64,000 bases of DNA, taken from positions 72,168,001 to 72,232,000 of the forward strand of contig CM059437.1 of assembly GCA_030390025.1 (NCBI GenBank). The letters are read 5' to 3'. The notes under the pieces were generated by a model. It worked only from the letters and a program-made list of their open reading frames with translations. It had not been told where the DNA came from and did not search any database. Positions 11,109 to 23,074 of the stretch are shown piece after piece. How positions within the stretch are numbered: the first letter of the stretch is position 1; each line of letters starts with the position of its first letter. The position numbers and the translations under genes were made by a program. The DNA comes from Squalus acanthias. Taxonomy: Eukaryota.

Positions 11109-12581
11109 AAAGCTGGAATTCATATGTAACCATCCACCTGGAACTGGACAATCAATCAGGATTCCTGCTTGTGATCGCTGTCCAGTGACTCCTGTCGGAA
11201 AGTGGATGGACACTGGTCGAGGTCAGGATCAGGCTCAGCTGTAATGCTTCCATTCTTGGATACATTTTTAAATATTCAAGTCGGGAGATACTAGATGCAG
11301 GATTTTACCTGCAAGTTTTTGACTGTACTATAATCAGGAAATTAAAGCCAGACACATCGGGCCAAAGACAGAAATATTGACTAAACACACTTTCATAACC
11401 CACATGATAGGAATTACTCGAGAATTCAAGTTTTAATTGTTACCTTTGGATTTTCAGTAGTTGAAACCCCAAAGGCCAGTACACAAATTTCCTCAGATAG
11501 CCAGGGAAGGTGGAGGAATTCCCCCTGCTGTACCACAGGAGAATAGAGATGTATAATCACCACTGCAGTCAATAGGACCAGAAACAGATTGCAATGGGGA
11601 AAAAAATGCATACACTACCCCGAGGACATTAGGAAACATGAGGATATCTGGAAATAAATAAAATATGATTATTGGAGTGTATCTAGCTCCAGCTGCTGAC
11701 AACTGTTCTTGCAACACCAAGAAACAAGTGCATACAAATGCTGAGTTGTCCTAAACTGTAGCAATGTGAGTCTGTACCTCTCTTTGGCACTTTCCCACTA
11801 CACATCCGATTGCAGAGTGCAAAATCATCTCTTCCAACCTAGCTTACTGGGTAACCAATCTCCATTTTCAGTTTTACTTTTATAGCATATTGAATTTCTT
11901 TTAAGTTTGTGTTAAGCTACCGATGATGATTAGAAGAGCTTAACAGGATAATTCCATTTGGCAACACAAGTGCAAAAATAAGAGGGTCCCTTGGATTTTC
12001 TGTAGTTACTGTATAGCTTCTGATAACATCTGTTCTAATATTCCATATAAAATGATGCAGGAAGAATGAGGAATGGCCAGCATACTCAGAATTTCAAAGT
12101 GAAGGATATACCTTTGTTGCTGTTAATTTTTTAAAATAACTTTGTACTGTGGCTCAAAAATTGGCTGGGATTCTCATTGGTGCCCAATATTCAGCAGCCT
12201 GAGGGTGTGTGGACATCAGGTGAGAACGAGGTCAGCCTTTTTTGCAATGTGCCTACACGGTTGAATAACCTGGCGACACACACTGTCTACACTCATACAT
12301 AAAGAATCGCCACAGAAGATCGACCAACATCAATGGAACCATACCCCAGCAATGAGTCAACATCTTCAGCAGAGGAATGGAGAAAATTGGATGAAAATAA
12401 ATTCCATTCTAAAGGGAACAATTACAGATCACTCATTACTGGATTTGGAGCTCAGATTATTGAGGCAATGCAAACTAGTAGAATAAATCCATTTCAAGAG
12501 AACTCAAAACCCACAAATTGTCCTGACTGTACTGAATCATTTTTAAAACTGTCCTAGCAAAAAGAGAAACCCCTACACGCA

Positions 12582-12773
12582 TCAGCCTTGGCTCAGTGGT
12601 AGCACTCTCTCGTCAGAGTCAAAAGGTCATGGGTTCAAGCTACACCCTAGTACATAATCCAGGCGGACACTTCAGCGCAGTACTGAGAGACAGCTGCACA
12701 GTCAGAGGTGCTGTCTGTCAGCTGAAAGGTTATCAGAGGCCCACCTGCCCTCTCAGGTGAGCGTAAAAGATCC
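12582..12773 (+). mobile_element. tRNA-derived SINE, 5' half, cut off by a Gypsy LTR
   Basis: A box tggctcagtggt, B box ggttcaagc; colinear with the full copy at 17781. Confidence 0.85.
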
Positions 12774-12967
12774 TGTGGTAACACAATCCAGCTTCCTGTG
12801 ACTCGAACTTTATTGCATCACTTCCTGTGATTAGTCCAGGATAAATACTGGACTGATCAGTTGGATCCTGGAGAGGCATAGAGTAAGACCTCTTTTGTAT
12901 GTAGCACCTTTTTAGTTGATTAAAGCTTACTTTAAGTTCACCACGCATAAGGCTCATTCTTACGACA
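12774..12967 (+). mobile_element. 5' LTR of a Gypsy retrotransposon (194 bp)
   Basis: TG...CA ends with terminal inverted repeat TGTGGTAA/TTACGACA, ATTAAA poly(A) signal at 12919-12924, directly upstream of a gag ORF. Confidence 0.8.
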
Positions 12968-13045
12968 ATTTAATCAACTTTGAAAAACTTCGCACTCAAA
13001 CTTTTTGGACGAACTCGGAACTAAGGATCCAGGGAATCACCCATC

Positions 13046-13764
13046 ATGGAAAACATCCTTAAACCATCGCGTCTTGACTTGGACCCAAACACCCCAGCAG
13101 CCGGTAAGGTGTGGAAACACTGGTATCGCACGTTTGACAATTTTCTTGAATATTGCAAGGCTGATGATGACTCAAAGTTGCGGATACTCATCAACTGTGT
13201 CACCCCGAATGTATTTCAGTATGTGGAGGAATGGGGCAGTTACGAGGAGGCAATTCGGACGCTTAAGAGACTATATACTAAGACACCGAATGAGGTCTAT
13301 GCCAGACATCTACTAGCTACAGCCCAACAAGGGCCGGAGGAATCCATTGATAAATTCCTCCAAGAGCTTTGCAGACTTAGTATGGACTGTAACTTTCAGG
13401 CGGCCTCAGCTGAGCTGTACCGTGAAGAAATGATCCGTGATGCTTTCATCTGCGGGCTTGCCTCCCCATTTATACGCCAGCGTCTACTGGAAAGTAAGAC
13501 ACTTGAGCTTCAGAGAGCTTATGACATGGCTTGCTCTCTAGATCTGGCAAAAAAGAAATGCAGACCTTTATACAGTGCCCAGACCTCGGTCTACTGCCTT
13601 AACTACAGTCAGGCAATTTAAGAGGCCACAGGTGAACTCTATTAGGGAGGTCTTTATCCCTGACGATCAATCTGATGACTTCACTGATGAAGAGGATGAT
13701 GACCCCACTGTGGCAGCCTCTTGGCAATCTAAGAAATGCTTCTTTTGTGGTGATGAGTTTCACT
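13046..13764 (+). pseudogene. Gypsy gag, frameshifted and 3'-truncated
   Basis: Peptide MENILKPSRLDLDPN...ARHLLATAQQGPEESIDKFLQEL...IRDAFICGL. One extra A near 13549-13558 shifts the frame, which continues to a partial zinc knuckle CFFCGDEFH cut by a LINE. Confidence 0.88.
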
Positions 13765-14840
13765 GACTGGAGTCATACCAAGCACAAAGGAAGATGGTTG
13801 TGGTGGTTGAAGGTCAATCATCACAGCCCCAGGGCATCGCTGCAAGAGTTCCTCAGGGCAGTGTCCTAGGCCCAACCATCTTCAGCTGCTTCATCAATGA
13901 CCTTCCCTCCAACATAAGGCAGAAATGGGGATGTTCGCTGATGACTGCACAGTGTTCAGTGCCATTCTCAACTCCTCAGATAATGAAGCAGTCCATGCCC
14001 GCAAGCAAGAAGACCTGGACGATATTCAGGCTTGGGCTGATAAGTGGCAGGTAACATTCGCGCCACAGAAGTGCCAGGCAATGACTATCTCCAACAAGCG
14101 AGAGTCTAACCACCTCCCCTTGACATTCAATGGCATTACCATCGCTGAATCCCCCAACATCAATGTCCTGGGGGTCACCATTGACCAGAAACTTAACTGG
14201 ACCTGCCACATAAATACTGTGGCAACAAGAGCAAGTCAGAGGTTAGGTATTCTGTGGTGAGTGTCTCACCTCCTGACCCCCGAAAGCCTTTCCACCATCT
14301 ACAAGGCACAAGTAAGAAGTGTGATGGAATACTCTCCACTTGCCTGGATGAGTGCAGCTCCAACAACACTCAAGAAGCTTGACACCATCCAGGACAAAGC
14401 AGCCCGCTTGATTGGCACCCTATCCACCACCTTAAACATTCACTCCCTCCACCACCGGCGTACTGTGGTTGCAGTGTGTACCATCTACAAGATGCACTGC
14501 AGCAACTCGCCAAGGCTTCTTCGGCAGCACCTCCCAAACCCGCGACCTCTTCCACCTAGAAGGACAAGGGCAGCAGGCGCATGGGAACACCACCACCTCC
14601 AAGTTCCCCTCCAAGTCACACACCATCCTGACTTAGAAGTATATCACCGATCCTTCATCGTCGCTGGGTCAAAATCCTGGAACTCCCTCCCTAACAACAC
14701 TGTGGGAGTACCTTCACCACACGGACTGCAGCGGTTCAAGAAGGCGGCTCGCCACCACCTTCTCAAGGGTAATTAGGGATGGGCAATAAATGCTGGCCTT
14801 GCCAGTGACGCCCAGATCCCATAAACGAATAAAAAAAAAA
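13765..14840 (+). mobile_element. CR1-group (Zenon-like) LINE, 5'-truncated, with poly(A)
   Basis: RT motifs VPQGSVLGP, FADD, YKAQVRSVMEYSPLAW; ends cccataaacgaataaaaaaaaaa. Confidence 0.9.
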
Positions 14841-15424
14841 CTGTTACAGGAAGTCTTACACTTACAGGTAAGTGTTTGCTATGCACAAGATTTTTAATAA
14901 AAACTTCTGTTTCTTCCTCCAGATATGCTTTTGTGACACTAAAGTTATAAGTACAATTTATTTTATGTTAATTACACACCAAACGTTTATGGTCACAAAA
15001 AAGGCAGATGTTATTTTGCATAAAAATGGAATGTTCACTACTTCACAGGGCATTCAATCGTCAAATAGTTGCCTGCAGGAACCCCACCTTCCATAGACAA
15101 CTATTGGAAACAGATATTTCATGTCAATTGCCTACATAACAACTAAGTTTCAAAAGTCATCTATTAGATGTGAACTGCTATGGGACATAAAAGGCACAAT
15201 ATAAATGCCAGTTCTTCCCATATTACCTGGTTTGATCCAGCTAACACCCTTTTTTGTTTTATGTGGTCAATGAAGCATAATTCAGATACATTAACATCAG
15301 CAGACGAGGTGCGCATGAAGTTCTTAAAACATTAAATTTAACACAAATAGTGCATCTGGATATCTCTCTTCAGAAAAAAATCCAAATAAGGCATGTCATT
15401 CAAATAGTACAATGAAGTAAATAC

Positions 15425-15505
15425 CTTTTTATGAAAATCCATCTTGGTCCCGAGAAGTTTGACATAGACACTTGCCAGCTGCCCGTACCGATCATGCATA
15501 TGGCC
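15425..15505 (-). CDS. hip1r: HIP1R coding exon 5 (81 nt)
   Basis: ttcctctag|GGC...AAG|gtattt; translates GHMHDRYGQLASVYVKLLGTKMDFHKK versus HIP1R GHLHDRYGQLVNVYTKLLLTKISFHLK. Confidence 0.93.
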
Positions 15506-16830
15506 CTAGAGGAATTTTTTTAACAAGATTTGATCACAAAATTAAAAAGATACAATCCTAAAAAGTAAAAGATACCTTATAGCATTTAAAAACAAATTCT
15601 ACATAAAGGATTTGATTTTAGCAGTAATAGTAACAAAATAACGTATAAATTTACAAGCTACTTTATTTAATGGATAGTTCTCAAGAGAATATGTAATCCA
15701 TATCCAGCACCATCTCTGTATTATCTCACTCAAATATTTGTGACCATTAGTTTCTAATAAATACAAGAGGTTTGGTTTATGAACAATATTTTCCCCTTTA
15801 ACTGCTACATACCCGAAGGCCTCAGATAGTCCCAGTACCACTTTGCCTTGTGTGCAAACTGAATGAACAGTTATCAGTGTACCAATTTTTGCTTGTTCCC
15901 AAATTTTTTTAAACAAACACCGCTCTTTATGACCTGAAATTCAATCTGACGTGAATAGCGTATGAGATATAGTGTGCTACAGGGCAAACAATCCGCTGTC
16001 CTATTATAAACTTGTTACCGCATAATGCATAGGATTGCACTGCATCTCCCATCACTTCAGAAGATGGATCAGATCAGCCATGCAATGCTTTTTCTCCACA
16101 ACTATTGAATGAATTTATTCACAAATGGAATTCTTTTACAGAAGCCAGCAGCACAGATGAGATAAAAACATTATCAGACGCCCTGAGTCAGGAGACAAGA
16201 TTCCAAGGGGTTAGTTAAACAAAACCAGTCAGAGAAGGCTCTGACTTCTTACAGAACTTGAGCTGAAAAAATTGTGAGAAAGGAATATGCAATTTTGTTC
16301 CTCAGCGAAAACAGAATACAGTCTTTGCAAGAATCATATAAACACAAGCATAGGGAGCTTAATTCATCCCTGTGCTTCATAGCAAGACAAACGAAACTGC
16401 TGATATACAAATACATGTTTCCATATTCTTAGTTCACTTGCTCTGAAAGCTGGTCTGTCAGATAAAGGTGATGGGCTGAACAATACTAACAATTCTTACA
16501 ATCTACTAGTCAATCGCCCATGGTGATAAAGCAGGGTTAATTAGACCAAGGCACACAAACCCCATTTTAAAGTCATACATTCTAGCCTTATTTTCATTCT
16601 GAATTTATAAAGGATATTGCCTATATAAACTTGTCACATTGTAATTATGCCCTCCAGCCAGTGATGGTGCTACAGCATCTCTACTGGCGGGTGGGGTGAA
16701 TTACAGCAATTTTCATTATAAATGTGGATTTTGGAATTTATAATGGGAAACGTTGACAGGGAGTGCACAAAGGCATAAGAATTTCAATAATTACAGATTG
16801 CTGGATAAAAATGTAACCCTAATTTACATT

Positions 16831-17208
16831 AGCAAAATACTGCAGATGCTGGAAATCTGAAATAACAACCGAAAATGCTGGAAATACTCAGCAGGTCAGG
16901 CAGCATCCGTGGAGAGAGAAACAGAGTTAACGTTTCAGGTCTGTGACCCTTCGTCAGAACTGGAAAAAGTTAGAGTTGTAACAAATTTTTAAACAAGTGT
17001 AGGAGGCAGGGAAAGGGAGAAGGGGAGAAAAGAACAAAAGGGAAGGACTGTGATAGGATGGAAGGCAGGAGAGATTAAAAGACAAAAAAGGGATGACGGT
17101 GCAAGGCAAAATGAGATGGTAATGGGACAAGTAAAGAAACAAAAGATGACTCTAGATGAGGTGTAAATGGCAATGGCAGAATCATCAACAGCTGCCATGT
17201 GAGAGAGA
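16831..17208 (-). mobile_element. Penelope-like element 3' terminal fragment
   Basis: Reverse complement of 21775-22148. Confidence 0.9.
16925..16961 (-). ncRNA. Minimal hammerhead ribozyme motif (intact core)
   Basis: AGUU-CUGACGA-a-GGGUC-aca-GACCU-GAAA-CG-UU/AACU. Confidence 0.72.
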
Positions 17209-17780
17209 AATAAATAAATAAAGTTACGCAATTAGATATGAATATTTGCATGAATTGCATGATATTCATGATCTGGAGATTGATTCCTTCCCATTATTTG
17301 GATAATGTTTTACTGCTGGGCTTTTATATAACTTTCAACGTTGCCCCATTTTTAAACTACATTTAGTTTACTCTGGACTTCACAGTACATAGGGCAAACT
17401 TTAACTCAGCTAGCAAAACCATTAAAAACTATTATACTCAGGGTTTCCTCTGGTGAGCTTACTGTCGTCCACCACATTGACACTGGCTTTACTGCACAGC
17501 TGCATCAACAGTGCTGGCTGGCTGACTCAGTGTAATTTCAGTTGATGGGAGGGTGAACAGAATGTCACAGCATTCCTGATGTGCACCCTTGTGGGCATAA
17601 CTTATAGGATATTTTTCCCTTGGTGGCTGCTTCGCTGGAGACTCAATTTCTATATATAGAATAACAGATGGTCGAGAGTATTGCAAGGGTCTATTTGGCC
17701 CTGAAATAGTGTTTAGCCAGAATGTGAACAATTAAAGTTTATATACAACTCCAGAAGCAACGAGAGGAAACGTATATATG

Positions 17781-18250
17781 GTGTCAGTCATGGCTCAGTG
17801 GTAGCACCCTTGCGTCTGAGCAGACTGGTGAGCTCAAGCCCTACTTCAGAGACTTGAGCACAAAATCCAGGCTAACACTCCACTGTAGTACTGAGGGAGT
17901 GCTGCATTGTCGGAGGTGCTGTTTTTCGGATGAGCTGTTAAACCGAGGCCCCGTCTGCCCTCTCTGGTAGACGTAAAAGATCCCACGGCACTATTTCGAA
18001 GAAGAGCAGGGGAGTTCTCTCCCTGGTGTCCTGGCCAATATTTATCCCTCACCCAACATAGCAAAGAAACCAGATTATCTGGTCATTTGTTGCATTGCTG
18101 TTTGTGGGACCTTGCTGTGTGCAAATTGGCTGCCTGTTTCCTACATTACAACAGTGACTACACTTGAAAAGTACTTCACTGGCTGTAAAGCACTTTGGGA
18201 TGTCTTGGGGGCGTGAAAGGCGCTGTATAAATACAAGTCTTTCTTTCTTG
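17781..18250 (+). mobile_element. Full-length tRNA-derived SINE with L2-like tail
   Basis: Pol III A box tggctcagtggt, degenerate B box, tail ggcgctgtataaatacaagtctttctttc. Confidence 0.9.
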
Positions 18251-18654
18251 ATACCATAGTGATTCATCCCTAACCATTAAACTTCTTTTTTTTTTAAACT
18301 TACTTGCCATAAAATGTTTATTTTTGACCTGTCCATGCAGAGAGAAGTAGTTTTGGGCACAGGCTGCAGTCTTTTACTTCAGGAAAGAGGGCAAATTGAA
18401 TGAAGGTGTTGTTGCAGCTCACTATATCATGCCCCAGTGACCAGCCATAGGAAGAGCTCTGGAAATGGGTTGGCCGCTCAAGGGGGCTGAGAGCAAGGCC
18501 CCAAGCATGACTGGATAACAATACGGAGAAACTGGAGGGTGGGTGCACTTCATTGGAGAACACCAAAAAAAAAAGACTCCATATTACAAACTGCAAAAAG
18601 TTATATTTTTTTTTTTAAAAAGCAGGGATTCAGTATGCTGTATTTAATCTATAT

Positions 18655-19070
18655 TTTTTTAATTTGTTTTTATGGGATGTGGGCGTCGCTGGCGTTGCCC
18701 ATCCCTAATTGCCCTTGAGAAGGTGGTGGTGAGCCGCCTTCTTGAACCGCTGCAGTCCGTGTGGTGAAGGTACTCCCACAGTGCTGTTATGTTGGGAGTT
18801 CCAGGATTTTGACCCAGTGACAATGAAGGATCGCCGATATACTTCTAAGTCAGGATGATGTGTGACTTGGAGGGGAACTTGGAGGTGGTGGTGTTCCCAT
18901 GCGCCTGCTGCCCTTGTCCTTCTAGGTGGAAGAGGTCGCGGGTTTGGGAGGTGCTGCCGAAGAAGCCTTGGCGAGTTGCTGCAGTGCATCTTGTAGATGG
19001 TACACACTGCAGCCACGGTACGCCGGTGGTGGAGGGAGTGGATGTTTAAGGTGGTAGAAGGGGTGCCAAT
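18655..19070 (-). mobile_element. Zenon-like LINE 3' end
   Basis: Reverse complement of 14440-14840; ORF 18705-19016 gives a near-identical peptide. Confidence 0.92.
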
Positions 19071-19810
19071 AAATATCCATTGCCTTTTACTCCTAAAGTG
19101 TCAACTTGGCACCACTCTGCTTACTATTTCAAAACCACCCAAAACAGGCAGTAATTCAAAGGAAAGTCCAGCCCACTGTCACCTCTGCTACATATTGCTG
19201 TGGCCCTTTTTTTCTGGCTTTTCTTGAAACAGAGAAAGTGTAAATAGCATCGAGGTGAAAGTGTTCAAATAGGTGCTGATTTCCTATTAAAAAAAAAATC
19301 CTAACTTGGAAATGCAAATATGGTTTGCACAATGACTAAGGGGATAAAAACTGCAGCACATTCGGGAAACCATACTTTTGGGTTTCCCGTCCATAATGCT
19401 TCCACCAGAGGGTGGGAGAAAATTGGAGGGGGTTGGGAAGGTCACACAATTCATTTAGAATGAGTTGGTCTGAAAATCACTTTATGTAGCTGCTTTCATA
19501 TTCAATTTAAATATTGCAGAACATTGATATTATAAATCAATTACCTACTCTGTAAGTCTTGCCCATCTAGAACTATACTTCCTTTATTACTATTGATCCA
19601 GGGTCAAACCGAGAAAGACATCTTTCACTTTAGCAAGCTCCTGTGTGGAATAAAAGCTCTCGTGAGATAATTGGATAATGGTTACTGTTGCAAGATCGAA
19701 TGGCTGTGATATAGGATATTTGAGCAAAATGAACTCTTTCAAAAAAAAACAAATCTGGCTCTGAATTGATCCAGTGAATAGCTGAGTCATGCCAAACAAA
19801 AGGTGGTTCT

Positions 19811-22148
19811 GGCCTCTTACCCTCTCTAGATCTTTTCATTGCTAACTGCCGGCATGACATCGGCCGTCTCAATTTCTCTGCTCCCCTCACTCACTCCAGC
19901 CTACCTCCCTCTGAACTTGTAGCACTCCATTCTCTCCGATCCAACCCTAACATTGTCATTAAACCTGCTGACAAGGGTGGTGCTGTTGTTGTTTGGCGAA
20001 CCGACCTCTACCGTGCGGAGGCTGAACGCCAACTCTCTGACACCTCCTCCTACCTCCCCCTGGACCATGACCCCACTACCAAACATCAAGCAATCATTTC
20101 CAAGACTGTCACAGACCTCATCTCCTCTGGAGATCTTCCCTCCATGGCTGTCAACCTCATAGTCCCCCAACCCCGCACAGCCCACTTCTACCTCGTTCCC
20201 AAGATCCACAAACAGGGCTGCCCTGGTTGACCCATCGTTTCAGCCTGTTCTTGCCCCACGGAACTGATTTCTTCCTATCTTGACTATTTTTTCTCCCCTT
20301 GTCCAGTCTCTTCCCATCTACACTCGAGATTCTTCTGACGCCCTCCGCCACTTTAACAGTTTCCAGTTTCCTGGCCCCAACAGTCTCATTTTCACTATGG
20401 AAGTCCAATCCCTCTACACCTCCATCCCCCACCAGGACGGCCTGAGGGTGCTCCGCTTCTTCCTCGAACAGAGGCCCAACCAGTTCCCATCCACCACCAC
20501 CCTCCTCCGCCTGGCTGAACTTATCCTCACATTGAACAACTTCTCCTTTGACTCCACTCACTTCCTCCAAATTAAAGGTGTTGCTATGGGAACCCGCATG
20601 GGCCCTAGCTATGCCTGCCTTTTCGTGGGATATATGGAACATTCTTTGTTCCAGTCCTACTCAGGTCCCCTCCCTCACCTCTTTTTCCGGTACATTGATG
20701 ACTGTATTGGTGCTGTTTCCTGCTCTCGCCCAAACTAGAAAATGTTATTCACTTTGCTTCCAATTTCCACCCTTCCCTCACTTTCACATGATCCATCTCC
20801 GACTCTTCCCTTCCCTTCCTCGACTTCTCGGTCTCCATTTCTGGAGGGGTAGACTATCGTCAAACATCCACTACAAGCCCACTGACTCCCACAGCTACCT
20901 GGACTACACTTCCTCCCACCCCGCTTCCTGTAAGGACTCTATTCCATTCTCCCAGTTTCTCCGTCTTCGCCGCGTCTGTTCTGACGAGGCCACCTTCCAT
21001 ACCAGTGCTTCCGACATGTCTTCCTTTTTCCTCAACCAAGGATTCCCCTCTACCGTGGTTGACACGGCCCTTGACCGTCTCCGTTCCATTTCCCGCACTT
21101 CTGCTCTCACCCCTTCCCCTCCCTCCCAGAACCACGATTGGGTTCCCCTTGTCCTCACCCTTTCACCCCACCAGTCTCCACATTCAACGGATCATCCTCC
21201 GCCATTTCCACCACCTCCAGCGTGATCCCACCACCAAACACATCGTCCCCTCCCCCCACTTTCAGCATTCCGAAGGGACCGCCCCCTCTGCGACACCCTG
21301 GTCCACTCCTCTATCACCTCCAACACCCCTTCCCACGGCACCTTCCCGTGCAAGCGCAGGAGATGCAACACCAGCCCTTTTACCTCCTCCCTTCCCACTG
21401 TCCAGGGCCCCAAACACTCCTTCCAGGTGAAACAGCGATTTACTTGTACTTCTTGCAATTTAGTATACTGTATTCGCTGCTCACGATGCGGTCTCCTCTA
21501 CATTGGGGAGACCAAACGCAGATTGGATGACCGCTTTGCGGAACACCTCCGTTCAGTCCATAAGCATGACCCCAAGCTTCCGGTCACCTCTCACTTTAAT
21601 TCTCCGCTCCACTCCCACTCTGATCTCTCTGTCCTCGGCCTCTTACACTGTTCTAACGAAGCTCAACGTAAGCTCAAGGAACAGCACCTCATCTTTCGAT
21701 TAGGCACTTTACAGCCTTCTGACTCAACATCGAGTTCAACAATTTCAGACTATAACCTCGACCCCCATGTTTCCTTTTCTCTCTCACATGGCAGCTGTTG
21801 ATGATTCTGCCAGTGCCATTTACACCTCATCTAGACTCATCTTTTGTTTCTTAACTTGTCCCATTACCATCTCATTTTGCCTTGCACCATCATCCCTTTT
21901 GTCTTTTAATCTCTCCTGCCTTCCATCCCATCACAGACCTTCCCTTTGTTCTTTCCTCCCCTCCCCCCTTTCCCTGCCCCACACTTGCTTAAAAATCTGT
22001 TACTTCGCCAACTTTTCCCAGTTCTGACAAAGGGTCATCGACCTGAAACGTTGACTCTGTTTCTCTCTCCACGATGCTGCCTGACCTGCTGAGTGTTTCC
22101 AGTATTTTCTGTTGTTGTTTCAGATTTCCAGCATCGCAGTAATTTGCT
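19811..22148 (+). mobile_element. Penelope-like retroelement (RT plus GIY-YIG endonuclease), 5'-truncated and frameshifted
   Basis: RT motifs QIKGVAMGTRMGPSYACLFVG and FFRYIDD; HYKPTDSHSYLDY; GIY-YIG NLVYCIRCSRCGLLYIGETKRRLDDRFAEH; terminal repeat carries a mutated hammerhead (22020-22056). Confidence 0.95.
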
Positions 22149-22149
22149 A

Positions 22150-22940
22150 TTGAAGGTGGTTCTGGTTCAGTTCCTGGTCTGCAGGGAGTGCTAAATTACC
22201 TGACCTCAGCTGGGGTGTCATTCGAGATGCTACAATTAAGCTCAGCAACTCTAGATTGTCGGGGGTGGGTGGTGGGAGGGAGGGGAACATCAGCCCAGGA
22301 TCCAATGGAATTGGGCATTGGGCAAGGACAGATTTGGGCTTGGCTCTCACACTTCAGGGTTGACTAACCTGCGACATTCACTGTCAAGAATTGCACATGA
22401 ATAATGGTCACTTGAACAAGGTTCGGGGGAGGGGTCAGTCACCCAGCATAGGAACAGGAGTAGGCCATTGAGCCCCTCGAACCTGTTCCACCATTCAATG
22501 AGATCATGGCTGATCTGCGACCTAACTCCATATACCCGCCTTTGGCCCATATCCCTGAATACCTTTAGTTAACAAAAATCTATCAATCTCAGATTTGCCA
22601 TTTGCAGATGAGAGTTCCAAACTTCTACCACCCTTTGTCTGTAGAAGTGTTGCCTAATATCACTCCTGAAAGGTCTGGCTCTAATTTTTAGACTATGTCC
22701 CCTAGTCCTAGAATCCCCAACCAGCAGAAATAGTTTCTTTCTATCTACCCCATCGGTTCCCCTCTATATCTTGAAAACTTCGATCAGATCACCCCTTAAC
22801 CATCTAAATTCTGGGGAATACAACCCTAATTTGTTTACTCTCTCCTCGTAACTTAACCCTTGAAGTCCGTGCAGCCATGGAGCTGTACCTCAGCAAAGAC
22901 GCAATGCATTCAGAAAGTAGTGGAGCAAATTGGTGAGAAA
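22150..22940 (+). mobile_element. Deu-domain SINE containing a minus-strand CR1 3' fragment (22447-22870)
   Basis: SINE core cactgtcaagaattgcacatgaataatggtcac; CR1 tail cataggaacaggagtaggccatt; SINE tail resumes at gcagccatggagctgtacc. Confidence 0.65.
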
Positions 22941-23074
22941 ATTAAAACAAAATGTTAAATTATGCCTGTGATAATGAGACTGACTATTTTGAGTGTTTTT
23001 ATACTTTTGGTTTTAGCCCATAAATACATTTAACAATTGTGATAGGTGGAAAAAGAATTCGGGAAGACACAGGA

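Noticed and set aside
13046-13621. Domesticated gag gene
   Set aside because: Still attached to its LTR, frameshifted and truncated; no evidence of domestication.
17781-17860. tRNA gene
   Set aside because: The A and B boxes belong to a SINE head that continues into SINE body and L2-like tail; no full cloverleaf.
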